Positions 9,548 through 19,571 of a DNA stretch of 26,119 bases are shown here, piece after piece. The DNA lies in assembly GCF_006345805.1 (NCBI RefSeq), contig NW_021836201.1, forward strand, positions 1 through 26,119, written 5' to 3'. Numbering within the stretch: position 1 is the first letter of the stretch; every line of letters begins with the position of its first letter. Source of the DNA: Octopus sinensis. Taxonomy: Eukaryota. Below the pieces are notes generated by a model that was not told the origin of the DNA, searched no databases, and was given only the letters and a program-made list of their open reading frames with translations. Position numbers and translations under genes: made by a program.

Positions 9548-10230
9548 AAGCGATGTTGGGGGGACAAACACAGATGCACAAACATATACACACACATACA
9601 TACATACATACATATATATATATACACACTAGCAGCATAGCCCGGCGTTGCCCGGGTATGTAAGAGCCCCTAGTAGGCAACGACTAATCCCAATCTAGTC
9701 CTTTCCCTCTAGGGAACGAAGGCGCATGTGTAGGTTGCAACGTCTTCTCTTCACTCGAATACTTCTGTGTATATGATGTTCCTAGCTGTCCCTTTGGGCG
9801 ATAAAAAGGTCAAGTTGTGTCCCCTAGACAGAAAATATGTTGCATATAAAAAGCTTAGATTCTCAACCCCATGTCGAATTTATTGATTCTTTTCAGTACT
9901 GGGGGAACTTTTCAAAATTTTCACTGCTTTAGTTTTGAATTACGACATTGGGCTATGTGTGTGTCAAGTTTCATCAGAATCGGTTGAAAGCCATGGTCAG
10001 AGTGAGGGTACAACCTGACAGACACACAGACAGACAAACTGCCGTTTATATATAGAGAGATATACACAACAGGCTTCTTTCAGTTTCTATCTACCAAATC
10101 TACTCACAAGGTTTTGGTCAGCCAGAAGCTATAGTAGAAGACACTTGCCCAAGGTGCCATGCAGTGGGAATGAACCAGGAACCATGTGGTTGGTAAGCAA
10201 GCTGCTTACCACACAGCCACTCCTGCACCT
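9548..10230 (-). mobile_element. SINE family A, 3'-truncated and interrupted by the Helitron-like element
   Basis: Pieces at 9548-9627 and 10062-10230 are collinear with the family A consensus. Confidence 0.8.
9628..10061 (+). mobile_element. Non-autonomous Helitron/Helentron-like element (DINE-1/Lep1-type architecture)
   Basis: 5' actagc plus cccgg-cgttgc-ccggg hairpin; 3' aagtttcatcagaatcgg, (acag)n, tttatatatag; no TSD seen; classification from recalled architecture. Confidence 0.55.
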
Positions 10231-10328
10231 ATATATATATATATACATACACACAAACATTTGTGCAAATATATATATTATAAACATAAAGACAGAGACA
10301 TATACATATAAATGCGTGACTATGCGTA

Positions 10329-10377
<49 letters not shown>

Positions 10378-10714
10378 ATATATATATATTACGGAGATGT
10401 ACTTGCATAGCAAGTGACCTGATCTGAGATCGTGTGCTAGAACAAAACATTGCAGTGTGGAAGGTGTTTATAAGCCATTTAAGAAACAGACAAAAACTGT
10501 TAGATTCACTTCAACATTTAAATTTAATTTGCCAAAATATTTTCGTCGCTTTGAGACTGCGACCTGTTCAATGACAAAATTCCGTGTTGAACAGGTCGTG
10601 GTCTTAAAGCGACGAAAATATTTTGGCAATTAAGGATTTTAACCTTTTGACTGACAGATTTAAAAAATAATTTTTTGTAACTAAACACTTTCATCAGACT
10701 TCGTATACTTGTAG

Positions 10715-11395
10715 AAGCGATGTTTGGGGGACAAACACAGATGCACAAACATATACACACACATACATACATACATACATATATATATACACACTAGCAG
10801 CATAGCCCGGCGTTGCCCGGGTATGTAAGAGCCCCTAGTAGGCAACAACTAATCCCAATCTAGTCCTTTCCCTCTAGGGAACGAAGGCGCATGTGTAGGT
10901 TGCAACGTCTTCTCTTCACTCGAATACTTCTGTGTATATGATGTTCCTAGCTGTCCCTTTGGGCGATAAAAAGGTCAAGTTGTGTCCCCTAGACAGAAAA
11001 TATGTTGCATATAAAAAGCTTAGATTCTGGACCCCATGTCGAATTTATTGATTCTTTTCAGTACTGGGGGAACTTTTCAAAATTTTCACTGCGTTAGTTT
11101 TGAATTATGACATTGGGCTATGTGTGTGTCAAGTTTCATCAGAATCGGTTGAAAGCCGTGGTCAGGGTGAGGGTACAACCTGACAGACACACAGACAGAC
11201 AAACTGCCGTTTATATATAGAGAGATATACACAACAGGCTTCTTTCAGTTTCTATCTACCAAATCTACTCACAAGGTTTTGGTCAGCCAGAAGCTATAGT
11301 AGAAGACACTTGCCCAAGGTGCCATGCAGTGGGAATGAACCAGGAACCATGTGGTTGGTAAGCAAGCTGCTTACCACACAGCCACTCCTGCACCT
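10715..11395 (-). mobile_element. Duplicate of the interrupted SINE A
   Basis: Second unit of the 1165-bp duplication. Confidence 0.8.
10793..11226 (+). mobile_element. Duplicate of the Helitron-like element
   Basis: Second unit of the 1165-bp duplication. Confidence 0.55.
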
Positions 11396-11496
11396 ATATA
11401 TATATATATACATACACACAAACATTTGTGCAAATATATATATATATAAACATAAAGACAGAGACATATATACATATAAATGCGTGACTATGCGTA

Positions 11497-11551
<55 letters not shown>

Positions 11552-11929
11552 GATCTCCTAATGACCTTGGAAACTTCATATAATCAAGCGATCCTTGGCT
11601 TGAAGATTAGCTTGCAGTCTACCCCACCTTTGGATAATTCACTACTTCTGAGATTCCGTTAGCTAGGAAACATATGTAGCCTGGGTTTTGTCTACTCCAT
11701 TCCCTAATTTTTGGATATTTATTTGCAAAAACAGCAACCCTAGTTGCTAACCATAAAATAACCATTTTTTCAGCTTATCATACTTTGATACAGGAAAAGT
11801 TCACAACCTTCTGCACCAATAAACCACTATTGTCCTGAAAATTGTTTTTATATCTTCTATGAACTACTTGAAGCTTACTGTTTTCCTACACCTTGACCCT
11901 TGGATCTTACCTTTATATATATATATATT

Positions 11930-12186
11930 AATTAGAAAAAAATCCACCTTTTATCAATTCAATAATGAAAAATTAAATTATGCTATTTAAAAAAATTACA
12001 TATTATAGGAAGATTAAATATAAGATAAAACATATAACGATGATTAATAACAATTAAACATATAACAATTAATCATTGTTATATGTTTTATCTTATATTT
12101 AATCTTTCTATAATAAGTAATTTTTCTAAATGGTATAATTTAATTTTTCATTATTGAATTGATAAAAGGTGGGTTTTTTTCTAATT
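11930..12186. mobile_element. AT-rich foldback element (~119-bp arms, 19-nt spacer) within (TA)n
   Basis: 11930-12048 is the near reverse complement of 12068-12186. Confidence 0.85.
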
Positions 12187-12406
12187 TATATATATATATA
12201 TATATATATATTATATTTTGTGAAATTTGATTTAGTATTTCTAAATTGAATTTTTCCCTGTAAGTTTGGAATAATATTCCCTCATATTATTATTATTATT
12301 ATAATATATTTATATATACACTGAAGTAAGCACATAAATGTGAAACAAGATGGAAAAAAGAGTACTCAAATACCAGAGGTAGAGTAATATGCTTTATTTA
12401 AAAGCT

Positions 12407-12503
12407 GCAGAAAATATAACAGAAGCTGTTACTCAGAGTTTCCATTCCCGTTCATCGGATGGGAAACGTGAAACTGAGTAACAGCTTTTGTTATATTTTC
12501 TGC
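12407..12503. other. 30-bp inverted repeat with a structured loop, abutting the RTE 5' truncation
   Basis: Arms 12407-12436 and 12474-12503, one mismatch. Confidence 0.8.
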
Positions 12504-12506
12504 TCC

Positions 12507-14372
12507 AAAGACTGGAGGTGTTTCGCGTTGCAAGACAGTGTGTGAGAGAGAATTGTGATGTGGTGGGAGAGAAGTGTGTTCGCATGGAAGATGGTTCACT
12601 TGCGCTAAACGAGGATGCAAAGAGAGAGGCTTGGAGATGCCACTATGAAAGGTTGCTGAATAAAGAAAATGAATGGGATAAAGAGAGTCTGCCGACGTTG
12701 ACCCAACAGAGGGACCAGCTATCAGGGTTGATAGTTCCTTAGTAGCTAAGGCAATTAGAAGCATGAAGACAGGGAAAGCCCCAGGCCCATCAGGTATCAC
12801 TGCAGAGATGCTCAAAAAATCTGGTAGTGTCGGCTATAGCCTAGTCACCTGTATAGTTATCAGGTGATACATGAAGGAGTCATACCCAATGACTGGTGTA
12901 GCAGCATAATAGTCAACTGCTACAAAGGTAAAGGTGACGCCCTAGATACAAATAATTACAGAGGTATCAAGCTGTTGGATCAGGTGATGAAGGTTACAGA
13001 GAGGTCATAAGCCAACTAATTAGAGAGAGAGAGTTAGTTTAGATGAGATGCAGTTTGGTTTCGTGCCAGGAAAAGTACCACTGATGCTATATTCCTAGTA
13101 AGGCAGCTGCAGGAGAAATACCTAGCCAAAGATAAGGCCCTGTACCTGGCTTTTGTTGACATGGAGAAAGCCTTCGACAGGGTCCCCCGATCCCTCATAT
13201 GGTGGTCAATGAGGAAACTAGGAATAGAAGAATGGTTAGTGGAGCTGTGCAAGCCATGTACAGGGATGCTGCTAGTAAGGTGAGGGTTGGAAATGAGTAC
13301 AGTGAAGAATTCCGGGTAGAGGTAGGGGTCCACCAAGGCTCAGTCCTCAGCCCCCTCCTATTTATCATAGTCCTCCAGGCAATAACGGAGGAATTCAAGA
13401 CAGGATGCCCCTGGGAGCTCCTCTATGCTGATGACCTTGCTCTAATTGCTGAGTCATTATCAGAACTGGAGAAGAAGTTTCAGGTGTGGAAGCATGGTTA
13501 GAATCGAAGGCCTTAGAGTCAACCTAGCTAAAACCAAGTCGTAATAAGTAGGAGGTAGACAATCACAAACGTCTTCAGGTAGATGGCCCTGCTCGATCTG
13601 TAGAAAAGGTGTAGGTAGAAACTCTATAAGATGCACCAAGTGTAAGCTATGGACACATAAGAGGTGCAGCAATGTCATAGGAGGCTAACTAGGAAGATGG
13701 TTTTTGTATGTGGCAGATGCTCGGGAGCATTAACCTCTGAAAATCTGCAGAAAACAACTTCCGTCACTTTCCAGGGGAAAAACTAGAAGTGGTTGATAGC
13801 TTCCGTTATCTTGGTGACCAAGTCAGTAGTGGGGGTGGGTGTGCTGAAAGTGTAACGGCTAGAGTAAGAATAGCTTGGGCAAAGTTAGAGGGAGCTCTTA
13901 CCTCTGTTGGTGACTAAAGGCCTCTCGCTCAGAGTAAAAGGCAGACTGTATGATGCATGTGTACGAACAGCCATGCTACATGGCAGTGAAACATGGTCCG
14001 TGACTGCTGAGGACATGCGTAAGCTCGCGAGAAATGAAGCTAGTATGCTCCGTTGGATGTGTAATGTCAGTGTTCATAGTCGACAGAGTGTAAGTACCTT
14101 GAGAGAAAAGTTGGACCTAAGAGGAATCAGATTTTGTGTGCAAGAGAGACGATTGCGCTGGTATGGTCATGTGGTGAGAATGGATGAAGATAGGTGTGTG
14201 AAAAAGTGCCACACCCTGGCAGTTGAGGGGACCTGTGGAAGAGGTAGACCCAGGAAAACCTGGGTCGAGGTGGTGAAGCACGACCTTCGAACTCTAGGTC
14301 TCACCAAGGAAATGACCAGAGACCGAGACCTATGGAAGTATGCTGTGCGTGAGAAGACCCCACGGCAACCAG
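12507..14372 (+). pseudogene. Frameshifted RTE reverse transcriptase ORF with internal C4HC3 zinc finger
   Basis: ORF fragments 12488-12742, 13199-13501 and 13907-14470 joined across 1-bp indels; endonuclease domain absent. Confidence 0.9.
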
Positions 14373-14420
14373 TGAGAACAATCAAAATCAAATCATATAT
14401 CAGAAAGCAGGGGTTAAGTG

Positions 14421-15510
14421 ACCCATCTGTTCGTGTCGCTGTCAGCCTCGTCTGGCACCCGTGCCGGTGATACGTAAAAGCACCATTCGCTCATGGCCGT
14501 TTGCCAGCTCTGCCTGGCCCGTGTCGGTGGCACGTAAAAGCACCATCCGTTCGTGTTCGTTGCCAGCCTCGCCTGGCCCCGTGCCGGTGACACGTAAAAG
14601 CACCGTCCGTCCGTGGCCGTTGGCCAGCAATGTCTGGCCCCGTGTCGGTGGCACGTAAAAGCACCATCCGTTCGTGGCCGTTTGCCAGCTCTGTCTGGCC
14701 CCGTGTTGGTGGCACGTAAAAGCACCATCCGTCCGTGTCCGTTGCCAGCCTCGGCTGGCCCCCGTGCCGGTGACACGTAAAAGCACCATCCGTTCGTGGC
14801 CGTTTGCCAGCTCTGTCTGGCCCCGTGTCGGTGGCACGTAAAAGCACCATCCGTTTCGTTTCGTTGCCAGCCTCGCCTGGCCCCGTGCGGTGACACGTAA
14901 AAGCACCGTCCGTCCGTGCCGTTGGCCCTCTGTCTGGCCCCGTGTCGGTGGCACGTAAAAGCACCATCCTTTCGTGGCCGTTTGCCAGCTCTGTCTGGCC
15001 CCGTGTTGGTGGCACGTAAAAGCACCATCCGTCCGTGGCCGTTGCCAGCCTCGGCTGGCCCCCATGCCGGTGACACGTAAAAGCACCATCCGTTCGTGGC
15101 CGTTCCAGCTCTGTCTGGCCCCGTGTCGTTGGCACGTAAAAGCACCATCCGTCCGTGTCCGTTGCCAGCCTCGGCTGGCCCCCGTGCTGGTGACACGTAA
15201 AAGCACCGTCCACTCGTGGCCGTTTGCCAGCTCTGTCTGGCAACCATGTCGGTGGCACGTAAAAGCACCATCCGTCCGTGTCCGTTGCCAGCCTCGGCTG
15301 GCCCCCGTGCTGGTGACACGTAAAAGCACCGTCCGCTCGTGGCCGTTTGCCAGCTCTGTCTGGCCCCGTGTCGGTGGCACGTAAAAGCACCATCCGTCCG
15401 TGTCCGTTGCCAGCCTCGGCTGGCCCCCGTGCTAGTGACACGTAAAAGCACCATCCGTTCGTGGCCGTTCGCCAGCTCTGTCTGGCACCTGTGCAGGTGG
15501 CACGTAAAAA
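14421..15510 (+). repeat. GC-rich ~60.6-bp minisatellite in the RTE 3' UTR (18 core copies)
   Basis: acgtaaaa core at 14472, 14532, 14592 and onward to 15502; alternating A/B unit types. Confidence 0.95.
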
Positions 15511-15720
15511 ACACCCACTACACTCGCGGAGTGGTTGGCGTTAGGAAGGGCATCCAGCCGTAGAAACACTGCCAGATCTGACTGGGCCTGACGAAGCCTT
15601 CCAGCTTCACAGACCCCAGTTGACCCGTCCAACCCATGCTAGCATGGAAAGCGGACGCTAAACGATGATGATGATGATGATGATAGTATATAAGGATGAA
15701 AAGGGACACACGAGTTGATA

Positions 15721-16150
15721 TATACGAAAAAATAAGTCAAAATAGAAAATGCTAAAATAATTTTATAAAGAGCATTTCAGTACCAGTTTCAGTCATTTTG
15801 AGACCTTTTCAACTGTAACGATTAAATAATTAAATTTAGAAAAATTAAAAGAAATGTTTTTTTAAAGGAATATTTGTTAGTGGCATTTTCCTTGGTTCTG
15901 CTTTGCTCTGTCTCTCTTGTTTACACTTGTGGGTTCGAGGAGAGACAGAGAAAGGCAGAAACAAGGAAAATGCCACTTATATTTGAACACTATACAAATA
16001 TTCCTTTAAAAAAACATTTCATTTAATTTTTCTAAATTTAATTATTTAATCGTTACAGTTGAAAAGGTCTCGAAATGACTGAAACCGGTACTGAAATGTT
16101 CTTTATAAAACTATTTTAGCATTTTCTATTTTGACTTATTTTTTCATATA
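15721..16150. mobile_element. 430-bp foldback element, almost entirely palindromic
   Basis: Outer arms 15721-15877/15994-16150, inner arms 15878-15916/15940-15977. Confidence 0.9.
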
Positions 16151-16560
16151 AGTGGCTGTGTGGTAAGTAGCTTGCTTACCAACCACATGGTTCCGGGTTC
16201 AGTCCCACTGCGTGGCATCTTGGGCAAGGGTCTTCTGCTATAGCCTCAGGCCAACCAATGCCTTGTGAGTGGATTTGGTAAACGGAAACTGAAAGAAGTC
16301 TGTCGTATATATGTATATATATATATAAGTGTGTGTGTATATGTTTGTGTGTCTGTGTTTGTCCCCCTGCAGCATCGCTTGACAACCGATGCTGCTGTGT
16401 TTACGTCCCCGTCACTTAGCGGTTCGGCAAAAAGAGACTGATAGAATAAGTACTGGGCTTACAAAGAATAAGTCCCGGGGTTGATTTGCTCAACTAAAGG
16501 TGGTGCTCCAGCATGGCCGCAGTCAAATGATTGAAACAAGTAAAAGAGAAAAGAGAAAGA
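16151..16560 (+). mobile_element. SINE family A, near full length
   Basis: A box tggctgtgtgg 16153-16163, B box ggttcagtccc 16196-16206, CORE-like cttgggcaag, (aaagag)n tail. Confidence 0.9.
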
Positions 16561-17049
16561 GATATATATATATAAACACACATACACACACGCACATACA
16601 TACATACAATGTACATACATATTAAATATGCACTTGTACTTACCGTTCATGTCCCAGTAAGCAAGAATTCCCAAAGATAGATAACTGCTACTGCTTCTTA
16701 CTACTACTATCACCACCAACACCACCAGCACCACCACCAACAACAACAACAACACCACTGTTATATTGTTCCTCATGAAAAAAAAAAAAAATGGGCAGAG
16801 TTAGTCATATGGCCCAAAGTCATTCTGCCAAACTTCAAAGAAATACAAACACCACCAAAGATTGAATGAATAAATAAAAGGTAATTTCATGGAGGAGATT
16901 TGTAAGATAACAGCCATGACAGAACTTCGTGCATTGTTGATAAATTCAACAGTCTTGCTGTTTGATCTCGATCTTCTGCTGTTCAATTTGGAGCGTTTCT
17001 GCGCCATTTTGAATGATGAATTTGGTTGAAAGTTAACGACTATGTGTGT

Positions 17050-17545
17050 ATAAGTGTATTTGTATGAATTTGTTTGAGTGTATATGCTTGTGTATGTATG
17101 TATATTTATTTTTCTGTGCGTGTGTTTGTGCATGGCTTTCCCTGTGTATATCTATATTTAAGTGGAAGTTTGTTTGCATGTATGTGTGTGTGTGTGTGTG
17201 TGTAGGTGTGTTTGTATGAGTTTGTTTGAGTGTATATGCTTGTGTATGTATATATATGTATGAATGTGTGTGTCTGTGTGTGTGCATGGCTTTCCCTGTG
17301 TATGTAAGTGTAAGTTTGTTTGCATGTATGTGTGTGTGTGTGTGTGTATAGGTGTATTTGTATGAGTTTGTTTGAGTGTATATGCTTGTGTATGTATGTA
17401 TACGTATTTTTGTGTGTGTGAGTGTGTGTACGTGCATGGGTTTCCATGTGTATATCTACATGTAAGTGGAAGTTTGTTTGCATGTATGCGTGTGTGTGTG
17501 TAGGCGTGTTTGTATGAGTTTGTTTGTGTGTGCGTGTGTTTGTGT
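17050..17545. repeat. ~150-bp minisatellite derived from TG/TA microsatellite (about 3.2 units)
   Basis: Marker tgtttg at 17071, 17223, 17369 and 17521. Confidence 0.85.
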
Positions 17546-17871
17546 ATGTATATATATATATGTTTTATGCATGCATGAATGTATATATGGGCACACGTGT
17601 TAGCATATATATATTCATATGTAAGTGAGAGTATGTGTACAGGTATGCATCAAAATACATGTATGTGAATGTGTTATGTGTATGTGTGTGGTGTGTGTGT
17701 GTGGTGTTTTGCACGTGTTTATCTTTGTATATTCATTTGTGTGAATATGTGTATGTATGTGAGTGTGCATGTGTATGTATGTATGTACGTAAGTGTGTGT
17801 ATGTGTGTGAGTGTACATGTGTATGCATGTATGTACAAAACTGTGTATGTGTGTGAAGGTACAGGTGTATT

Positions 17872-18233
17872 TCTCTTTTCTCTTACTCTTTTACTTGTTT
17901 CAGTCATTTGACTGCGGCCATGCTGGAGCACCGACTTTAGTCGAGTAAATCGACCCCGGGACTTATTCTTTGTAAGCCCAGTACTTATTCTATCGGTCTC
18001 TTTTGCCGAACTGCTAAGTAACGGGGACATAAACACAGACACACAAACACACACACGTATATATATATACGACAGGCTTCTTTCAGTTTCCGTCTACCAA
18101 ATCCACTCACAAGGAATTGGTCGGCCCGGGGCTATAGTAGAAGACACTTGCCCAAGATGCCACGCAGTGAGACTGAACCCGGAACCATGTGGTTGGTAGA
18201 CAAGCTACTTACCACACAGCCACTCCTGCGCCT
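17872..18233 (-). mobile_element. SINE family A with a 44-bp flanking direct repeat
   Basis: Direct repeats at 17827-17870 and 18238-18281, one mismatch. Confidence 0.9.
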
Positions 18234-18527
18234 ATGTATGTATGTACAAACCTGTGTATGTGTGTGAAGGTACAGGTGTATGTAAAAAAATTTGTGTGTA
18301 TATGTATGTTTTGTGTGTATATGCATGTGTGTGACTCATTATTTGTGTGTTTATCTTTGTCTGTGTATGTGTGTCATTGTGTGTGTATGTCTCTGTTCCT
18401 GTGTATATGTTATGTGTGGTGTATGCATGTATGTATTAATGTATCTATTGTATGTATATAGGTGTGTATGTATATTATTATGTATGGATATGTCTGTATG
18501 TGTGTGCATGTATGTATGTATATATAT

Positions 18528-18665
18528 AACGGGAAGGTTTACGAAAATAAACAAAAGACGAAGGCAGGTGGAGTACAAACAAACAAATGTATTAGTATGG
18601 CGCTCAGGAATAGAAAAGGTCTTTTACGTTTCGAGCCTACGCTCTTCGCCAGAAAGATACACGAC
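18528..18665 (-). mobile_element. Possible Penelope-like element terminal-repeat fragment
   Basis: Contains a minimal hammerhead of the kind typical of Penelope-like element pLTRs; no RT or GIY-YIG ORF nearby. Confidence 0.45.
18620..18657 (-). ncRNA. Minimal type I hammerhead ribozyme with A6G core substitution (probably inactive)
   Basis: tcttt-CTGGCGA-A-GAGC-gtag-GCTC-GAA-ACGT-A-aaaga on the minus strand. Confidence 0.6.
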
Positions 18666-18800
18666 CACTTTTGGAATCCAGCCTGGAAGTTGTTTATCAT
18701 AACCAAGCTGAGGTAATTTCTGTGATTGGCTCTGGATCTCAACAATGGTGCTAAAATGGTAACCTTTGAACCATATTTCCATCTTAAGGAAGAGATAGAT

Positions 18801-19092
18801 ACTCTTTTACTCTTTTACTTGTTTCAGTCATTTGACTGCGGCCATGCTGGAGCACCACCTTTAGTCGAGCAAATCGACCCCAGGGCTTATTCTTTGTAAG
18901 CCTAGTACTTATTCTATCAGTCTCTTTTGCTGAACTGCTAAGTTACGGGAACGTAAACAAATCAGTATCAGTTGTCAAGTGATGTTGGTGGGACAAACAC
19001 AGTCACACAAACATACACAAAACACACACACATATACATATACGACAGGCTTCTTCCAGTTTCCGTCTACCAAATCCACTCACAAGGCTTTG
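18801..19092 (-). mobile_element. SINE family A, head missing
   Basis: Matches the other copies up to cacaaggctttg. Confidence 0.85.
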
Positions 19093-19153
19093 TGTGTATG
19101 TGGTATTAACTGTGTATGTGTATTAGTGTTGGTGTTTATGTCGCTGTGAGAGG

Positions 19154-19189
<36 letters not shown>

Positions 19190-19571
19190 ATATTATATAT
19201 ATATATAATATATATATAATATATATATAATATATGCATATATACATATATGTGTACATACCAACATATATATGCATATGTGCATGCATCTATGGGTACA
19301 GGACATCAAATGAGGAACGAAAACATAAAAACAAAAACAGAAAAACGAACTTTCTTTCAAACAACGAAAAAAACAAACAGTGAAACGAGACATGCAACAT
19401 AAAGAATATTCCCCTTCTTCAGTTGTCCCTGTTTCGTCTACTCTGTGTTTCAAAGGCAAGGATATATATATATATATATGTTGTGTGTGTATATATATAT
19501 ATACATACGTGTTTGTATGTACATACATACATACATATATACAAACATACATACATACATACATATATATA

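Larger units (their letters stand above)
9224..11549. repeat. Direct tandem duplication of a ~1165-bp unit (9224-10388 and 10389-11549)
   Basis: ttacggagatgtacttg at 9224 and 10389; only about a dozen differences; breakpoints lie in (TA)n tracts. Confidence 0.95.
12507..15683 (+). mobile_element. RTE-clade LINE, 5'-truncated
   Basis: RT motifs (APGPSG, NYRGIKLL, QFGF, FVDMEKAFDRV, GVHQGSVLSP, YADD at 13424-13435), RTE-type C-terminus (RLRWYGHVVRM...GRGRPRKTW), 3' UTR ending in (GAT)n. Confidence 0.95.

Noticed and set aside
14421-15510. CRISPR-like regular array
   Set aside because: The 'spacers' are repeats of each other (A/B types), there are no cas genes, and the context is eukaryotic
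14414-15514. 300+ aa ORFs in three minus frames over the minisatellite
   Set aside because: Open in all frames because the GC-rich unit lacks stops; antisense to a LINE UTR; no protein signature
16151-16225. tRNA genes at SINE heads (also 1698, 2045, 7455, 23557, 24613)
   Set aside because: A/B boxes are present but there is no complete cloverleaf, and each continues into SINE body sequence
16801-17035. ORF MAQKRSKLNSRRSRSNSKTVEFINN... as a transposase or host exon
   Set aside because: No recognisable motif and no clear splice signals; only a vague resemblance
19281-19461. Repeat-like segment with GAAAC and CUGAAGA on the minus strand
   Set aside because: Motif order and spacing leave no room for stems I and III; family unidentified
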